A stretch of 64,000 nucleotides of DNA from assembly GCA_036785375.1 (NCBI GenBank), contig JAWMAR010000030.1:7192001-7256000 (forward strand), in the 5' to 3' direction. The position numbers and the translations under genes are program-made. Under the pieces are notes generated by a model. That model was given only the letters and a program-made list of their open reading frames with translations. It was not told where the DNA came from and did no database searches. Origin of the DNA: Leucoraja ocellata (taxonomy: Eukaryota). Below, piece after piece: positions 37,301 to 52,100 of this stretch (positions are counted from its first letter, which is position 1; every line of letters begins with the position of its first letter).

Positions 37301-38855
37301 AAATACTTTATTTAAAAAGTTAGTTTGACGATTCATAGGATCCTCCACCCCTTGATGCAGTTAAAAACAGCTGTAGTTGTGGAAGGATCTGCGAGCAGCT
37401 CAGGGATTATCATTGCTTCCTATCATTGTCTGTTCCCATGGAGGCTCGCTGAGTCTTACCAGGTTGTCTACAGGATACTGGGACATCAGAATCCCTTGTG
37501 ATTAACCACTTGTAGCCAAGAGACATTGCTAATAGTTCACAAAACATGGGACAATCTTTCATTAACAGTGTAAAACAGATGGAAAATAACCATGGACGTA
37601 TGTTCAGAAGACTCTGTACAAGCTGGAGAATCAAGGTAAAGTTGCAACATACTGTTCAATCATACCTAGACTTGGAACAAGTTCTATGGATGTGGCTCCA
37701 GTCAATAATCAGATATCCCACCGGCTAAGACCAAACTTCAATGTAGAGGGCTTTTCATCTTCAATTGGAACTGAATTTTCACATATTTTAAGTTTCAATG
37801 AGATGAGCCGCCTTCATTTTTTATAATGATCTAATTTGAGATAATCGAATGATTTACTGGTCTATCTATTGTGTATATCCCAATTGAAAACATAATTGGA
37901 ACCAGTGCTTTTTTAGCTGAAACAACTTGTAGACTATCTAATATCATGGCTAGAACAGAATGCTTGCACAGGGTAGCTATAGTTAGATTTTAAAAAATAC
38001 CAGTCAGTTGCTTAATTAAGATCTTTGCCTCTTATCCAGTTATGGCTCACTCCCACTATTCTTGGCGAGGCCTTGCCTTTACAGGTTTTGTAAACTGCTG
38101 CTGTGAAGTCTTTGGGGACAGTCAGTCCATTGTCCACTTTATGCTTCCTCCAGCATTGGAGGAGGATTCAAACAAACATCTTCCGTCCTGGATTTTCATG
38201 CACTATTTGTACAGGCATCTCCCAACATTATTTAATGGACAATTACGAAAGCATAATGAAAGTCCCAAATGTAAATAAATAATTGTAATCAGTGTGGCAA
38301 TTAAAACTACCTTGCACTGTAAAGCGAGAACAGAGGTTAAGTGCAAGTGCAAAACTTGGTTTCCTATATTTTAGACACTATCTTCACTTCACTTATTTCC
38401 CCAACAAACAATAAATTGGAATTCTGAAAGTGAGGAAGGATTGTAAAGAATACAGCCCTACTGCATATTCATGCAAGTTTAGAAGCAACCTGGGCAGAAA
38501 TATTCCTTATATTTACAGCAGCGGAGGACAAACAAAGTTTCGCTTCTTTGCTTAAGTCTCAGTAAAGAAGTGCCCAACTCAAATTTACAAAACCCTTCAC
38601 CAGTGGTTCAAAGTGGTGGATCACAAAGGATTAGATTAAGAAATGGATTTCCCTAGGTGTGTACTTTAGCTCAGCAGTGATGATCAGAGTCCCAACTTTG
38701 AAGTTATAGATTAAAGCAGCTGAAGGCCTGCATTTCTTTCAAGAATGCAGTCAACCGCAGCTAAGAACAGATGGATCCATTCAGTACAAATGTGGTGTGC
38801 TGACACTAAAACAAACCCAAGGGCAGATCTGATGAGGCATTTGAAAAGAAATGTA

Positions 38856-38876
38856 TTTATTGCATCAAAATTTAAT
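38856..38876 (-). terminator. Candidate SEC24C polyadenylation signals (ATTAAA 38871-38876, AATAAA 38856-38861; proximal alternative AATAAA 39642-39647)
   Basis: Hexamers on the - strand followed by a GT-rich tract (GGGTTTGTTTTAGTGT) about 40 nt downstream. Confidence 0.55.
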
Positions 38877-39989
38877 GTCCCGTTTACAACAGCACATTTT
38901 TTATATATATATATTTTTACAGCAGGCTGCAAAAGTCAGCATGGTAAACCGACCTAATAAATAGGAATGGGAAAATACAAAGAAAAAATGCCTTGAAAAG
39001 GAATTGTGCCTTTAATCCTGGATCACTGCTGCTCATCTGATTTGTAATGGACATGAAAACAGTAATATACTCCTCTCCTCAAAGATTGGCATCAAATCCT
39101 ATCAAAGTCTTGCAATCACAAGGCTTACAATCAAAACACAAAGTTGTGGTTGAAGGATTGAATTAAGTCATTCCTTTTTGCATTTGATATGTTTGGTTGG
39201 ATAATGGTTGGTACTCCAATTATGAAACACATTGGAGCCATCATTGACTTTGAACAGGGCAGCAGTTTGGGAATGCCTGCTATCTACTCCCTTCTCTGAT
39301 TAGTATCTAAAATCTGAAACAGAAATACAGAAAATTTGCAAACATTTAAAAAATTCTCCCCCACCCGCCCACCCCCCACCAAAGCCATTTCTGTACGTCA
39401 CGTTTTTTTTTTAAGAATCTGCAAGGGAGAAAATATTATGGAAATTAATCAAAGGTTAAGCATTCCCAAGTGAATAGATAACTTATTTTCATTCACAAAT
39501 CTATTCACATTTAAAGACCTAATTAACAGAAACAAGAAAAGAAAGCTGTGTACAACATGAAATGATTACTATTGATGCATATAAAAATAATTTCCAGAAG
39601 TCAAACCATGTTAGCAAAGCCACAAACTGAATTTTGTTCAATTTATTGACTTGAAATCTTGTGTATTTGGAGTTTTCCTTCCATACATCCACACAGTGCA
39701 TTCCTGCCCACATCTCCTCACACACAAGGGACACAGTAATACCAGTGTTGAAAAGATAGCTCTCATAGAAGATTCTAAATCATATACATTATACTGTACT
39801 ATTAATTCCTTACATTACATTCAGTATTAACAGGTTAGCCACACACCCATGTTGCTTCCATGACAGCTGTTGACAGACAAGACCCTTACTGACATCAAGC
39901 ACTGGGCCTGCTGGGCTACAGCTGGGAAACATTTCCCTCAGAGTATACAGCTCCGTCCAATCCTCTCAATCCCACCCTGCTGCCCCAGA

Positions 39990-40130
39990 TTAGCTGAGCA
40001 GTTGTCGTATCTCCTTGTGCATATGGCATAGAAAGTCCACGTAAGAGGCTCCACCGTTTGAACTCTTGTCCTCCATAAGAAAATGCTTGAAGAGCACCTC
40101 CATCTTGTCTTCTTGCTTCACTATCAAGAG
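39990..40130 (-). CDS. SEC24C: SEC24C last coding exon
   Basis: [49 protein letters not shown]. Confidence 0.95.
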   Translation of the reverse strand, partial: LLIVKQEDKMEVLFKHFLMEDKSSNGGASYVDFLCHMHKEIRQLLS

Positions 40131-43100
40131 CTGCAAGCACAAGAGCATATTGTCCTTAACACAGGGCAACACATATAATTAAAACAAATGTATTAATTTA
40201 AAAGGATGGTCACTCTGTTGTAGACCCACCACAAGTTTTGCACAAAGCTGGATCCCACAAATAGTGAATTGAATAACTGTTTTCTTTGTGCTGGATCATG
40301 AAAGGTTGGTCAGGGCATGGAAAATCCCCTAATCCTCATCAGAGTACAGGAACCACCAACATCCAGTGGGAAGGTGGCATCAAATGTTAACACCTCACCA
40401 GCAATGCAGTTTCCTGTCCAAAACTGCACTCCAGTGCCAGACTTGTTTCTGATAGGCCTAAAGGACCCTGCACAACAAGATTAGGAACTAATACCTTTCC
40501 CTGCATAATACATAATCTAATCTAAAAGCACCATGTTGGAGGAGTTCAGCGGGTCAGGCAGCATCTGTGGTAGGAAATGGACAGATAATGATTTCGGTTG
40601 GGACCCTTTTCAAAGATTGAAGAGGGGAGATAATTGGTATAGAATATTGAGGGGAAGGGGTGGGGCAAGTGATAGGCAGATCCAGGTACGGAATGTGTAG
40701 GAAAGAACTGTCGATGCTGGTTTAAATCCAAGGTAGACACAAAATGCTGGAGTAACTCAGCGGGATAGGCAGCAACTCTGGAGAGAAGGAATCGCTGATG
40801 TTTCGGGTCGAGATCCTTCCTCTGAGGAAACGTCACCCATTCCTTCTCTCCAGAGATGCTGCCTGTCCCGCTGAGTTACTCCTCCATTTTGTGTCTACCT
40901 CCAGGTAAGGAATGGTTGACTGGCAGACGAGTTAGGCGGGAGAGAAAAGTTGCGGCGATAGTCACATAAGCTGGAGGCACTCTGTGTATAACCACTCTGT
41001 AAGTAGCGGAAGCTTTATCCTCCACCATAAGCCATATGACCCCATGTCAAAGTTACAAGCGCCTAACCATACAAGAGTTCTGCCAGCTTGAAGTTCAGAA
41101 AATGATGGGGCAAATGGAGAGGCTGGAGAGCTGCCACCACCATTTTCCAATTGTGCCAACCCTTCCCTCCAGATTTTCAGTGATTAACATGGGAAGTTCC
41201 AAAAATAAAACATCATCCAAACAATTATCATGGCCAGCTATGTATTGCTGAACTCGAGTGTTTTACCTTCATAAACCTGGGTCTCTGAGCACGAATTACA
41301 TCAACCATGGAACGCAATTTTTTGGAGTACGGGTTATCCAACTGTGGCAGAGTGGCCTGAAAATGAAATACAAGTCAAACCAGGTGGCTAGCATTGCACA
41401 AAGGACAGGAAGCATAGTCATCAAAACTTAGCACTGAATGCACAATGAAGACATTTATGAACCGTAACAGTATCAAATGTCACTATAAAACTGTAATACG
41501 TTTTACTGTTTACGTATTTACTTTACTGGAAGCATTTCTTTATTGAGACATTAGTTTCTCATGAATGCAGATCAATCGAACAAGATCCATTGGAATTAAA
41601 ATTGCAATTTTGCAATTCTGTTGATGAATTGAGACAATGTGAACAGTTTCAACCACTGTTATATTCAGGGATCAATCCTGATGTAACAGCAACACCATTT
41701 ATGGGGAGTTAGTGCGAAGTGCAGCTTATTCACGAATAACCTTGAATGGTTGACGTGACTGCACAGTATTCTAACACAGAATGCATTCTCACAATCTGCA
41801 GCAAGTTAAATTAAAGCATGCTGCTCTGGGAAACTCAGGTACGCGTGTATAAATTATACACCAGAAGGCCCCATGCTTCAACAGTTAAAAGCACATTTGA
41901 TTGAAACCCAGAGCAACAGTAAACATACAAGATTGAAGACAATACTTCTAACATTCAAGAAGCAACTGGTCAGAATGGTGAACAAATTATTGTTCATTTT
42001 CAAGTCACGGTATGCACAGACGCATACCTGTCGTACATGGTTAGTTTTGATATGCAGTAGAACATTTTTTTGTGTTAATCTAGGCTCAGAGCTAAATATG
42101 ACAAAAGGAAGATTTGTGTTAATCTGAAACCCACCATTCCAGAGTCAATCTGGCCAAACGATTGCACATTAAAGATGCTCTGGATAAGGTCATGCTGTGT
42201 GCTCATTCCCACCCATATGAAGAGGTTCAAACCATTCTCCAGCAAATAGATGCCGCCCTTTGATAGTCGTTCCTCTGAGCAACGAACGGCCACTGGAAAA
42301 TCATCACCATCAACATCCATTTTGTGCTAATGAGAGAGAAAAGAGCTCAGTCACAAATCAACAATTTTAAGACAAAGCAAATTTTAAAGACTGTCCCATT
42401 CCCATGTATTTTTCTCCTTTTGAATATATTTTTCAAAAGGAGAACCATACATTCGTAGACCCACAATATAGGTGACATATCTAAAAAGTGTTTCCGAAAG
42501 ATACTACAAAATGCTTTGGAGCTAGGTACTTTTGCTGCACTCACCGTTATGATGCAAGAAATATCACAAACATTTTGCACACAACAAAGTCTCACATTAA
42601 GCAATGCAGCGAACATTGAAATGATTTGATTTAAAAAAATGCATCTGTTCAGAAAATATTAGCCAGAGAATTGAAGATTCAAAAGAGAGTCAAAGTGGCC
42701 TCTTGCCTCATCATGGTGGACATGATTTGTTAAAATTGTGCTAATATTTCAGGACAGAAATTTTAGGGGTGGCATAAGTTAATTAGTTTTGGTAATAATT
42801 GTAAATTGTCCCTAGTGTAGGATAGTGCAAGTGTATGGTAGATGATCGCTGGTCAGCATGAACTCAGTGGGCCGAAGGGCCTGTTTCCAAAGTCTAAAAA
42901 CTGATATCACATGTATTACTTTAGTTATACAGCTTAAAACTGGTTTTGCACTAACTGAATTTTTATTTGAATATATAGCTCTGAACAAATTTAAATTAAA
43001 GGAAATGCAAAATGCTGAAACTAGATAGGAGGGTAATGTTGGTAGAGGTGAACATGTGGATATAGTGTATTTAAATTTCACAAAAACATTTGACAAGCTT

Positions 43101-46100
43101 CCATACCAAAGGACGGATCATAAAATGTAGGGCCATGGTATTTGCTGAAGTGTGTTAGCATGGATTGAGAACTAGTTCTCCCATAGAAAGCAAACTTAGT
43201 ATATCGGTCTCTTTCAAGTTGGAGGGCAGTAACTAGTGGAGTTCTTGGCCCTCTAGTTATATTCATGATCTGTAGAAGGGAACAAATGCAGCATTCCTAA
43301 ATTTGGCAATATGACAATAGATGGAAGGGCATGTTGTAATGAGTGCATGGTGCTGTTGCAATGGCACAAAAGAGAGATTGGATGAATGGTCAAAAATATT
43401 GTCAAGTGGAATTTAAAGTCAGGTAGTGCAAGTTCATTCACTTTGGTAAGAGAAATCAGAAGGCAGGTTATCCAAATGGAGAAAGATTGCAAATGGGTTA
43501 GGTCTACGTGTTACAGTGCATGTTCAAAGGATTAGCAGGCAGGTCCAACAAGTATTTCATGTGGCAAACGGCAAGTTAGCCTTTATTACAAACGAGTTGA
43601 AGTTTAATAATAGGGCGGTTTTGATACAGTTCCACAGCATGATGAAGGGGGCCACACCTGGAGTTATGTGGGTCGTATGACTTTAAAAACACAGTAGCAT
43701 TGGGGGCAGCCCAAAGGAACGTCACCAATTAATTCCTGGCTTTGTCCTTTTCAGAGAGGTTGGACTAGTTAGATTTGTATACCTTGTAATTTAAAAGAAT
43801 GAAGGGTGATTTTTTTTAAACATGGAATATCTTTATGAGGCTTGACAAAGTAGATGCTGATATGTTTTCACTCGTGAAAGCATCAGGAACAATGGGATAT
43901 AGCTACGAAATAAGAGGTCAATCATTTAAAACTGATGCAGACATTCTTTGTAACATGGAAACCCATGGAATTCTCTACCCTTGAAGATGAAGACCAAATC
44001 ATAAGTGTTACGTGAAAATAAATATTTGAAAGTTTGAAGAATTGTGGGTCAGTGGGAAATGGCACGGGGGAAGGAGCAGAGGAGGCCAGCAAAGATCAAC
44101 CATGATCATTGGGGCAACGTAACAGAAAATTGAAGTAAACCTTGTAGGAAAGGGTATCGGCATTTCACTGCAGCACAAAACCATGGATTGTACATTAACT
44201 ACATGAATTGTTACTTACCACAGGTAAAACCCTAGGGTAGAAGAACACGTTGGTTTCAGATACATCCATACTTGCAATGAGGTGACGGATGTAGGCCCGA
44301 TCGTCAGTAGAAACGTCAGCTCCAGGCTGTAGAATATCACTCTTCAATACACAGTTCAGGTACACAGGCAGTAGCTTCATGCACTCTGGTAGAATCAGCT
44401 AGGAAAAAAGGTACAGCAAGAAAGGTATAGTGAATAGGCCAGGGGTGGACTCATTGGTTGTAATTGGGCTAATGAGCTGGTCAAGCAAAGATTCTACCTG
44501 GCCTGTCTGTGACTGCAGTTCCATAGCAATTCGGTTGACTGCTAAACGTCCTCTGAAATGGTCTAATGAGCCACTCTATCAAGGGGCAATTTGAGATGGG
44601 CAGATCACTTATTAGTAATACTAATTTCCAACACAAGAATTTTATAGAAAATTACAAACACTTTGGAGAACTGGCACTTGTTGCTTTACAGCTGAAAAAG
44701 TAAAGGGAATCGGAATGAGGTTTCATGTTTTGAATGTGGATACAAAGAAGTGCAGGTGTTGATTTAAAAAAAAAGACAAAGTGCTGGAGTAACTCAGTGG
44801 GTTAGTAGGCAGCATCTCTGGAAAAAATTGAGAGTTTCATTTCAGGTTGGGACCCTTCTTTAGAAGAAGCGTCCCAGCCAGAAACGTCACCTAATTCATG
44901 TTCTCCAGAGATGCTGCTTGACCTGCTGAGTTACTCCAGTACTCCGTGTCTTTTCAGGTTTAAAATTACTATTTCTGACTGGGTAAGTTGTTAAACATCA
45001 GAAAGCTGGTGAGAGTGCAAAACAAATCACTGCACAATATGGCTATTAATATAAAAAAGACCCACAAGGGAATCCAGATAGGATCAATGATTTGGTTGAA
45101 TGCAAAGACCTTCAACTCCGAGGCTCTACATTTTTCAACTGATTTTTAATTGGGTTTCCAATTTTTCCTCACATCAAGAGTTCCCTCTTTGCGTTACAGC
45201 TGATGCCACACATCTGGTGTTGTCCTCTCCTTCCAGTGCCACCCTGACATTTGCAGGGGCTTATTCAAGAAGTTCCAGGTAAGGTGTCGAGTACATGCTC
45301 CCATCCAATCAAGAACAAAAATTTAGCACGCAATCTGTATTAATATTTAAACAGCTTCAACAAATTATGTTCTTCACAGAGGGAAATTAAAGCAGGGGAA
45401 TCATCTGGTGCAAATATTGAATTACAGACATTTAGGTTAGTTTAGAGATACAGCATGGAAACTAAGTCCACATTGACCACCGATCTCCCGTTCAACTAAT
45501 TCTCCGTTATGCCACTTTCTCATCCATTCCCTACATATAATGGGTTTTTTTGGGGTTTCTTTTTTACTGGGGTCAATTGGTTTACAAAGCCACACATCTT
45601 TGGAAGGAAACCAGATCATCCAGCAGAAACCCAGAGGAAGAATGGGCAAACTTCACACAGACAGCACCAGAGGTCAGGATCGAACCTGGGTCTTTGATGG
45701 TGAGAGGCAGCAGCTCGACCAGCTGCATCACCCTAGGATAATCAGTTACATGTAAAATACAAGGAACAAACGAGATTAAAGAAAGTGGCAAATGTGGAGA
45801 AAAGCACCAATGCAGCATTGTTAATGATAAATTCACAAGATTTCATTAGAAATGCTCCAAAATGCCAGTACAAAGACTATCACGCTCATGCTATGTTCCT
45901 CTCTAAGTATAAGGTGTAAAAATCACATAATAATCTTGTTTAGTAGTCATGTAACAAAAATCCTGGATTCCAATGTTTTAATCCCACCAAGGGAAAATTA
46001 AATGGGAATAATGAATCTGAAATGAAAGGCCAATAAGCACAAAACTATTGGATTGTCATAAAACCAGATGTGGTTCATTAATATCATTTACAGTTCAATA

Positions 46101-49100
46101 TTTACTTATCAAAATAGTCCTGACAAGGCATTCAAGGGGAATTGAGGAGGTAATAAACGATGGTCTTGTCAATAACACTGACCATCGGTGAATAATAACC
46201 GAAGTAATTACAATCTACATTTGCAAAATAAAACTCTTACCTGTCCGGCCGAAGATGGACTTGCACAATTCTTGCGGTAGCACGCCAAAATCTGAGCAGA
46301 CTGGTTAATTAAGGACTCTCGTACAGTCTTTGTGGAGTTATTCAGAACAGCGCGATAAGCTGCAAATAAGACATTTGAACCGTTAGATAAACTGCATGAA
46401 CAACATGACAGTACATCGAGAATGGAAGGCTTCAAAGTAATATATGCTGTGCAGATCAATATCTTAATCCAATTAGTATTCTGACACAATCTGGAAACCA
46501 TCAAGTTTCCCCTCAAGGGAACATGGATGATAAGTATCATCATAATTCATTGGGGTTCACTAATCCTCCATGCTGTTAATATGCTCAAGTGTTGATAAAA
46601 CACGAGGAAAATTATTTTTATTTTTACATTTATGAAGATGATGAATAAAAGAACAAAGATTACTGGATCTAGGGAAAATATATATTTTTCATGTTGCTAA
46701 ATAACCTTTCCAATTAATTGCTGTGTAGAACATAAATGCAAGGTTTCAGGGGGATTGTTTAAGGAAAGAAAAAAAAATGATGCCATCAATTCTGGCAGAA
46801 AATTAGAAAATTTAGCTCAACATTTGAAGAGTTTAGCTATTCAGAGACCAGGTATGCTTGTACATGGTTCAATAGGAAAGCAATAAGGAAACTACATCAT
46901 AATTAGAAAAAACTGTAGGTTGTACTTTACAACAATCAGATCAGAACACAGTAAATATGCCTTGCTGAGAGGGACAGACGGAGACCAAATACGGAATTGC
47001 ATGTCTAGTTCAGGTCTTCCTACCCAAAGATGAAGTGTATTAGAGAGATTACAGTGATAGGATTGGTAGGATGGGATTGATTTCTGCAAAGAGTGATTAA
47101 ATAGACGACCTATAATCTGTGAGTTTGAGAAAAATGGTAGGTAATCATAATGAAAATGCAAGTTCACTTTAGGGCTTGAATAATCACACATTTCCCCTGG
47201 TTAGTACTGGGGGGGGGTCCAGTCACAAAACAAGGGATCAATCAATCAGGACCTAAATGAGAAATGTCTAGTCAGATGCTGGTGAATAGTCTAGGAGGCT
47301 ACAGATACATAGGTTAGTATGGGTGTGTGATTGTGAATTAAAGTGGCAGTCCTACAGACTGAATGGAACTGGTCTCCAAAGCAATGAACCAATCTGCCTT
47401 TGGCCTCTCTATCATAATGGAGATCACATTTTGGGAAAGAGTCTGAAGAACAGGTGTTGTGTTTCCTGTAGTTGTATGGGCAATGCCATAAGGCAGTAGT
47501 AGGTGGGGATGGAAGAGTGGAACAAGGATCATGAAGGTATCTGGGAGAATGAAATGGACCTAGGGGGAGACAGGGTGGGAGGAAGATAACTGTGGGAGCC
47601 TGTACTATCTTATCACTTGGAACAGATACAAATTGTCTAGAAAAGGTGGAAATTGGCAGTAAGAAATGAGACAAAAAAATGAGTTCTACTTCTGAAAACT
47701 AGCTTTTATTCCTATTTCGGACTATTGTGAAAATTCTCGTATGTGAAACATTTTTTTTTCCCCATCCGCAGATGCGACCTGGCCTACTGCTTGTTTCCAC
47801 CGCTGTATTTCAGATTTCCAATATTTTTTAATCTTCCTTGACTGAAGCCTAATGGTCTACTCTTGTTATTATTTATTATGTTTAGCACTGTTCACATATA
47901 GCAAGAGAAGCTTCATCTGCTGCATTTAGCCTCAGTAACCTAGTGTCCAAACACATGCACATTAGTAACAGACAAAAGAAAAGCTGCCTTCGGCACTGAC
48001 AAATTAATTACAAAATAATTTAAATTTTAAAACGATTTACTGTTACACATGCAATGTATTGCATGAATGTACTGTTGACCTTTGAAAATAATGTTTTCTC
48101 AATTCTTCTTGAAGCAATAAGAATCCTGCCTGATAACACACATACAACTTGAAACATCTTTACAGAGAATTTCTCTGCACGAGCTTTGTTCGAGGAAACA
48201 TGATCTGGCAATAAAGGTAGCAAAGCAAAACCAACATACTAAATAGCAAGCATCAATTAGCTGGGCAACAGTACTTTTTTTATCTAGCTAATAAATTACG
48301 TGAATCTCAAGGATTTTTCAGGATTCTCTGTTTGACTCAATGGACATTCATTTTAAAACTGCACATTAAATTAAATTTGAGGAATAGATGGGTTTTGCAT
48401 GTAATGAACTTGGGGTAGCTGACAATTATTTGAAACCAGAATCCAGCCTTGGATTTTGATGAATGGTTTCTATAGCCAACTGTGGTGTCACTTTTCTCTT
48501 TCACCATTCATCTTCTGTGGGTGTCAAATGGAGGTCGATTCCATGGCACAGGGGCCTCTTTGGGTAATGCAGAGTGGGCATCGCTCAGAAATGCAGGTAA
48601 TCAGTCAGTCTGGACAGAGTCTTAGAACCACGCAATCTTATAAAACCCATCTTCTCCTCATGCACAATGGATGTGCTTTGCTTAGAGAGAATTGAGAATT
48701 GACATGCAGGTGTAGCAGGCAGTAAAGAAAGCAAATGGTATGTTAGCTTTCATTGCAAAAGGATTTGAGTATAGGAGCAGAGAGGTTCTACTGCAGTTGT
48801 ACGGGGTCTTGGTGAGACCACACCTGGAGTATTGCGTACAGTTTTGGTCTCCAAATCTGAGGAAGGACATTATTGCCATAGAGGGGGTGCAGAGACGGTT
48901 CACCAGACTGATCCCTGGGATGTCAGGACTGTCTTATGAAGAAAGACTGGATAGACTTGGTTTATACTCTCTAGAATTTAGAAGATTGAGGGGATCTTAT
49001 AGAAACTTACAAAATTCTTAAGGGGTTGGACAGGCTAGATGCAGGAAGATTGTTCCCGATGTTAGGGAAGTCCAGGACAAGGGGTCACAGCTTAAGGATA

Positions 49101-52100
49101 AGGGGGAAATCCTTTAAAACCGAGATGAGAAGAACCTTTTTCACACAGAGAGTGGTGAATCTCTGGAACTCTCTGCCGCAGAGGGTAGTCGAGGCCAGTT
49201 CATTGGCTATATTTAAGAGGGAGTTAGATGTGGCCCTTGTGGCTAAGGGGATCAGGGGGTATGGAGAGAAGGCAGGTACGGGATACTGAGTTGGATGATC
49301 AGCCATGATCATATTGAATGGCGGTGCAGGCTCGAAGGGCCGAATGGCCTACTCCTGCACCTAATTTCTATGTTTCTATGACATACCCTTTCCCTCAAAA
49401 TAAAGTTACATCATTTTACAAGGCAAGGTGAATAAAGTTGTGCCGAAGACATCTCATTATTAAGCACATAAATACAATTTTGGAATAAAGCCAATTTAAG
49501 CAGCAGCCTTACCCATTTTTACAAAGAAGTTGATAAGTGTGTCGGTCTCACAGTTTCTGTACAGGTCAGCAAGCTGAGTACAGCAATTAAGGGAAAGGTT
49601 GTGTATGCGTAGCCTCCTCTGTCCACTGCAACTGGTGTAGAGCAAAGCACACTGCAGGAGAGAAAGGCGAGAAATAAATGTTTTCAGCAAATGCACGAAT
49701 ACATAAAGCTGCACAGATACCAAAATTTACTTGAGGGAAAAATCAGAAAAATGTGGTAATGTGGAGAACGCAAAAACAGACTAGCATTTAAAAAAACACC
49801 TTTTGCGTCCCTTTTCAAACGTCCCAAAACACCTCACAGCCCAACTCAATGCTTACTAAAACCATGGTCATTTTTGTAATATAGTCAATTCACGTACAAC
49901 AGCTTTGACAAATGGCAACATCATAATCATATGATCTGCTTTGGTGATGGGAGATGAGGGGGATATTGGGGCTGGGACACTTGGGCACCTCCCTGGCCAC
50001 CCAGAATAGTGCCAGATCTTTATATATCCACCTGAGAGAGCAGACAGGAGATCTCAACCAAAAACACACTATTTATCAATTCCTTCGCTACCACAGTGGT
50101 GTCCGATCTGATTCTTTCCTCCAAGTGTCTGGAGTAGCACCTGAACCTACAAACATTGATCGTGCTTTTCATGGAGCTTTAGCTTCCAAAGTACTTGCAA
50201 CTCAAATTGAATATGAATACAAATCAGTGCATTGATTGATGTAAAAATAGGAGCAAACCTAATAGTAACTTAAAAAAAAAAAGTCCAAATTAACAGGAGG
50301 CAGGGAAAATATACAGAGGCATGCAAAGTGCTGTGGAGTAACTCAGCAGGTCTAAAATTACTAAAATTACTTTCTAAGAGGTGGAACATGCACAACAGAT
50401 TTAAAAGCTGTCAAAATGCTGGAGTAACTCAGCAGGTCAGGCTGCATCTCTGGAGAAAATGGTTTTCCAGAGATGCTGCTTGACCGATTTACACCACCAC
50501 TTTGTGCCTTTTTTTGAAAACCAGCAGCTGTTTCCTGCGTCGTAGGATTTCACTACTCAGCTTTTAGTTTTGACCATGTCCATCAGCCTACTGGAATATT
50601 TAAATGGCCCCATGCACTAGAAATGCAAGCTGCAAATTATCCACCGTTATACAATAGCAAGGCATATTTTACAAGTAGAACTCAATTGAACGAGGGTGAA
50701 GAATTCACATTAATACAAATCAGCCTTTGTCTCTGTAAGACTGAGCATTAAGTGCCAGGCCAGAGTAGTCTTGAGTACAAAGATCTACACTGACATTCCT
50801 GTGAACTAATGAAATCAGATAAAACGTTAAACCAAAGTCCAACTGCTCTCTCTCTCTCATGGAAGGACAAGCAGTGTAGAGTTCTTTTAGGGGATCAAAG
50901 TGTCTCTGAAATTCCACTCAGCAATTCCTCAATCAACAAGCTCTTCGTATTATCTGGTCCTCACCAAACTACTGTGTCGAGATTCTAACTGTTTCTCACA
51001 TTAGCTATTGCACTTCTTTTAAAGTATATTTAATCAACGATGCAAACAAAATAATATAACTGGGTTAATAACAAACGAAGTACGCCACAGTACAATGTGC
51101 TCAATTGTAGAGTGCTCTGGTCAAAGTACTTAGTCCAGATCAGATTACACAGATGGAGAGCATATATTCATGTTATGGTGGCAATTCACTGAGGCCTACA
51201 GTAGATATTAGAGAGCAGAGTTATAAGCAAACAATGAAAATTGTATTTTTATCCTGACAATGACTAGGATGCATAAATGAGGTAGTTAAATACCAATCAC
51301 TAATAATGTGGTCAGTAGAAAGCTGTAGTGCCACGATTCTGAAGATGGAATATCAATAGTAGTGGACCCAGAGAACTAGGTACAGGAAAGGAGTGGCAAG
51401 CGGCATCACCAAATAAAATAATTCAAAATTCCCCTAATTTTTAAGCATTTATAAATCTTCAAAAAAGCTACAAGTTTAAAATGAAGTAGTCACAGCAATC
51501 ATGCAAAATTCTCACCTGAATTTGAGCTCCACTATCTTCATTCAATTTATCATCGTGTTTGAATTCCACCGTGATGGTTTTATCACAGTCTAATGCCGCC
51601 AACTCCACATCAGTTGTGTTACTCATGTAGAACGAGCCAAAGAAATCAGTTGCTCTAATCCCTGGAATCAAAGCAGTTTATTTTCTCCAGATGAAACACA
51701 CAGAAATGAGCTTCAGTCTCCACTTATCCAACAATTAATCTTAACTGTTACATCTGCAGGTTTTGTTTTGTTTTTTAACTAGCACAATCCCACAATACAT
51801 ACCGCAGCAGGAGTCAGGCATCAAACATAAATATCTAGTGCCTCAATAGGAATTCTTTCCACAAGAGGGTTTCATTTTCACTGATTACAAGGCAAAAGTG
51901 ACAACACAAATTTACAATCAGGAAATAAATATTTAAGATGGTGTATATTCTTGAAATAAAGCTGAATTCCTTTTAAACACCAAATAGATTATTTTTTGGC
52001 TAATAACTGAGTAAGATACAAATCAATTTTATTATTCATCCGACACAAATGCTTTCAGATTAAAACCATATAAGACTGGCAGCATCATCAAGGACCCACA

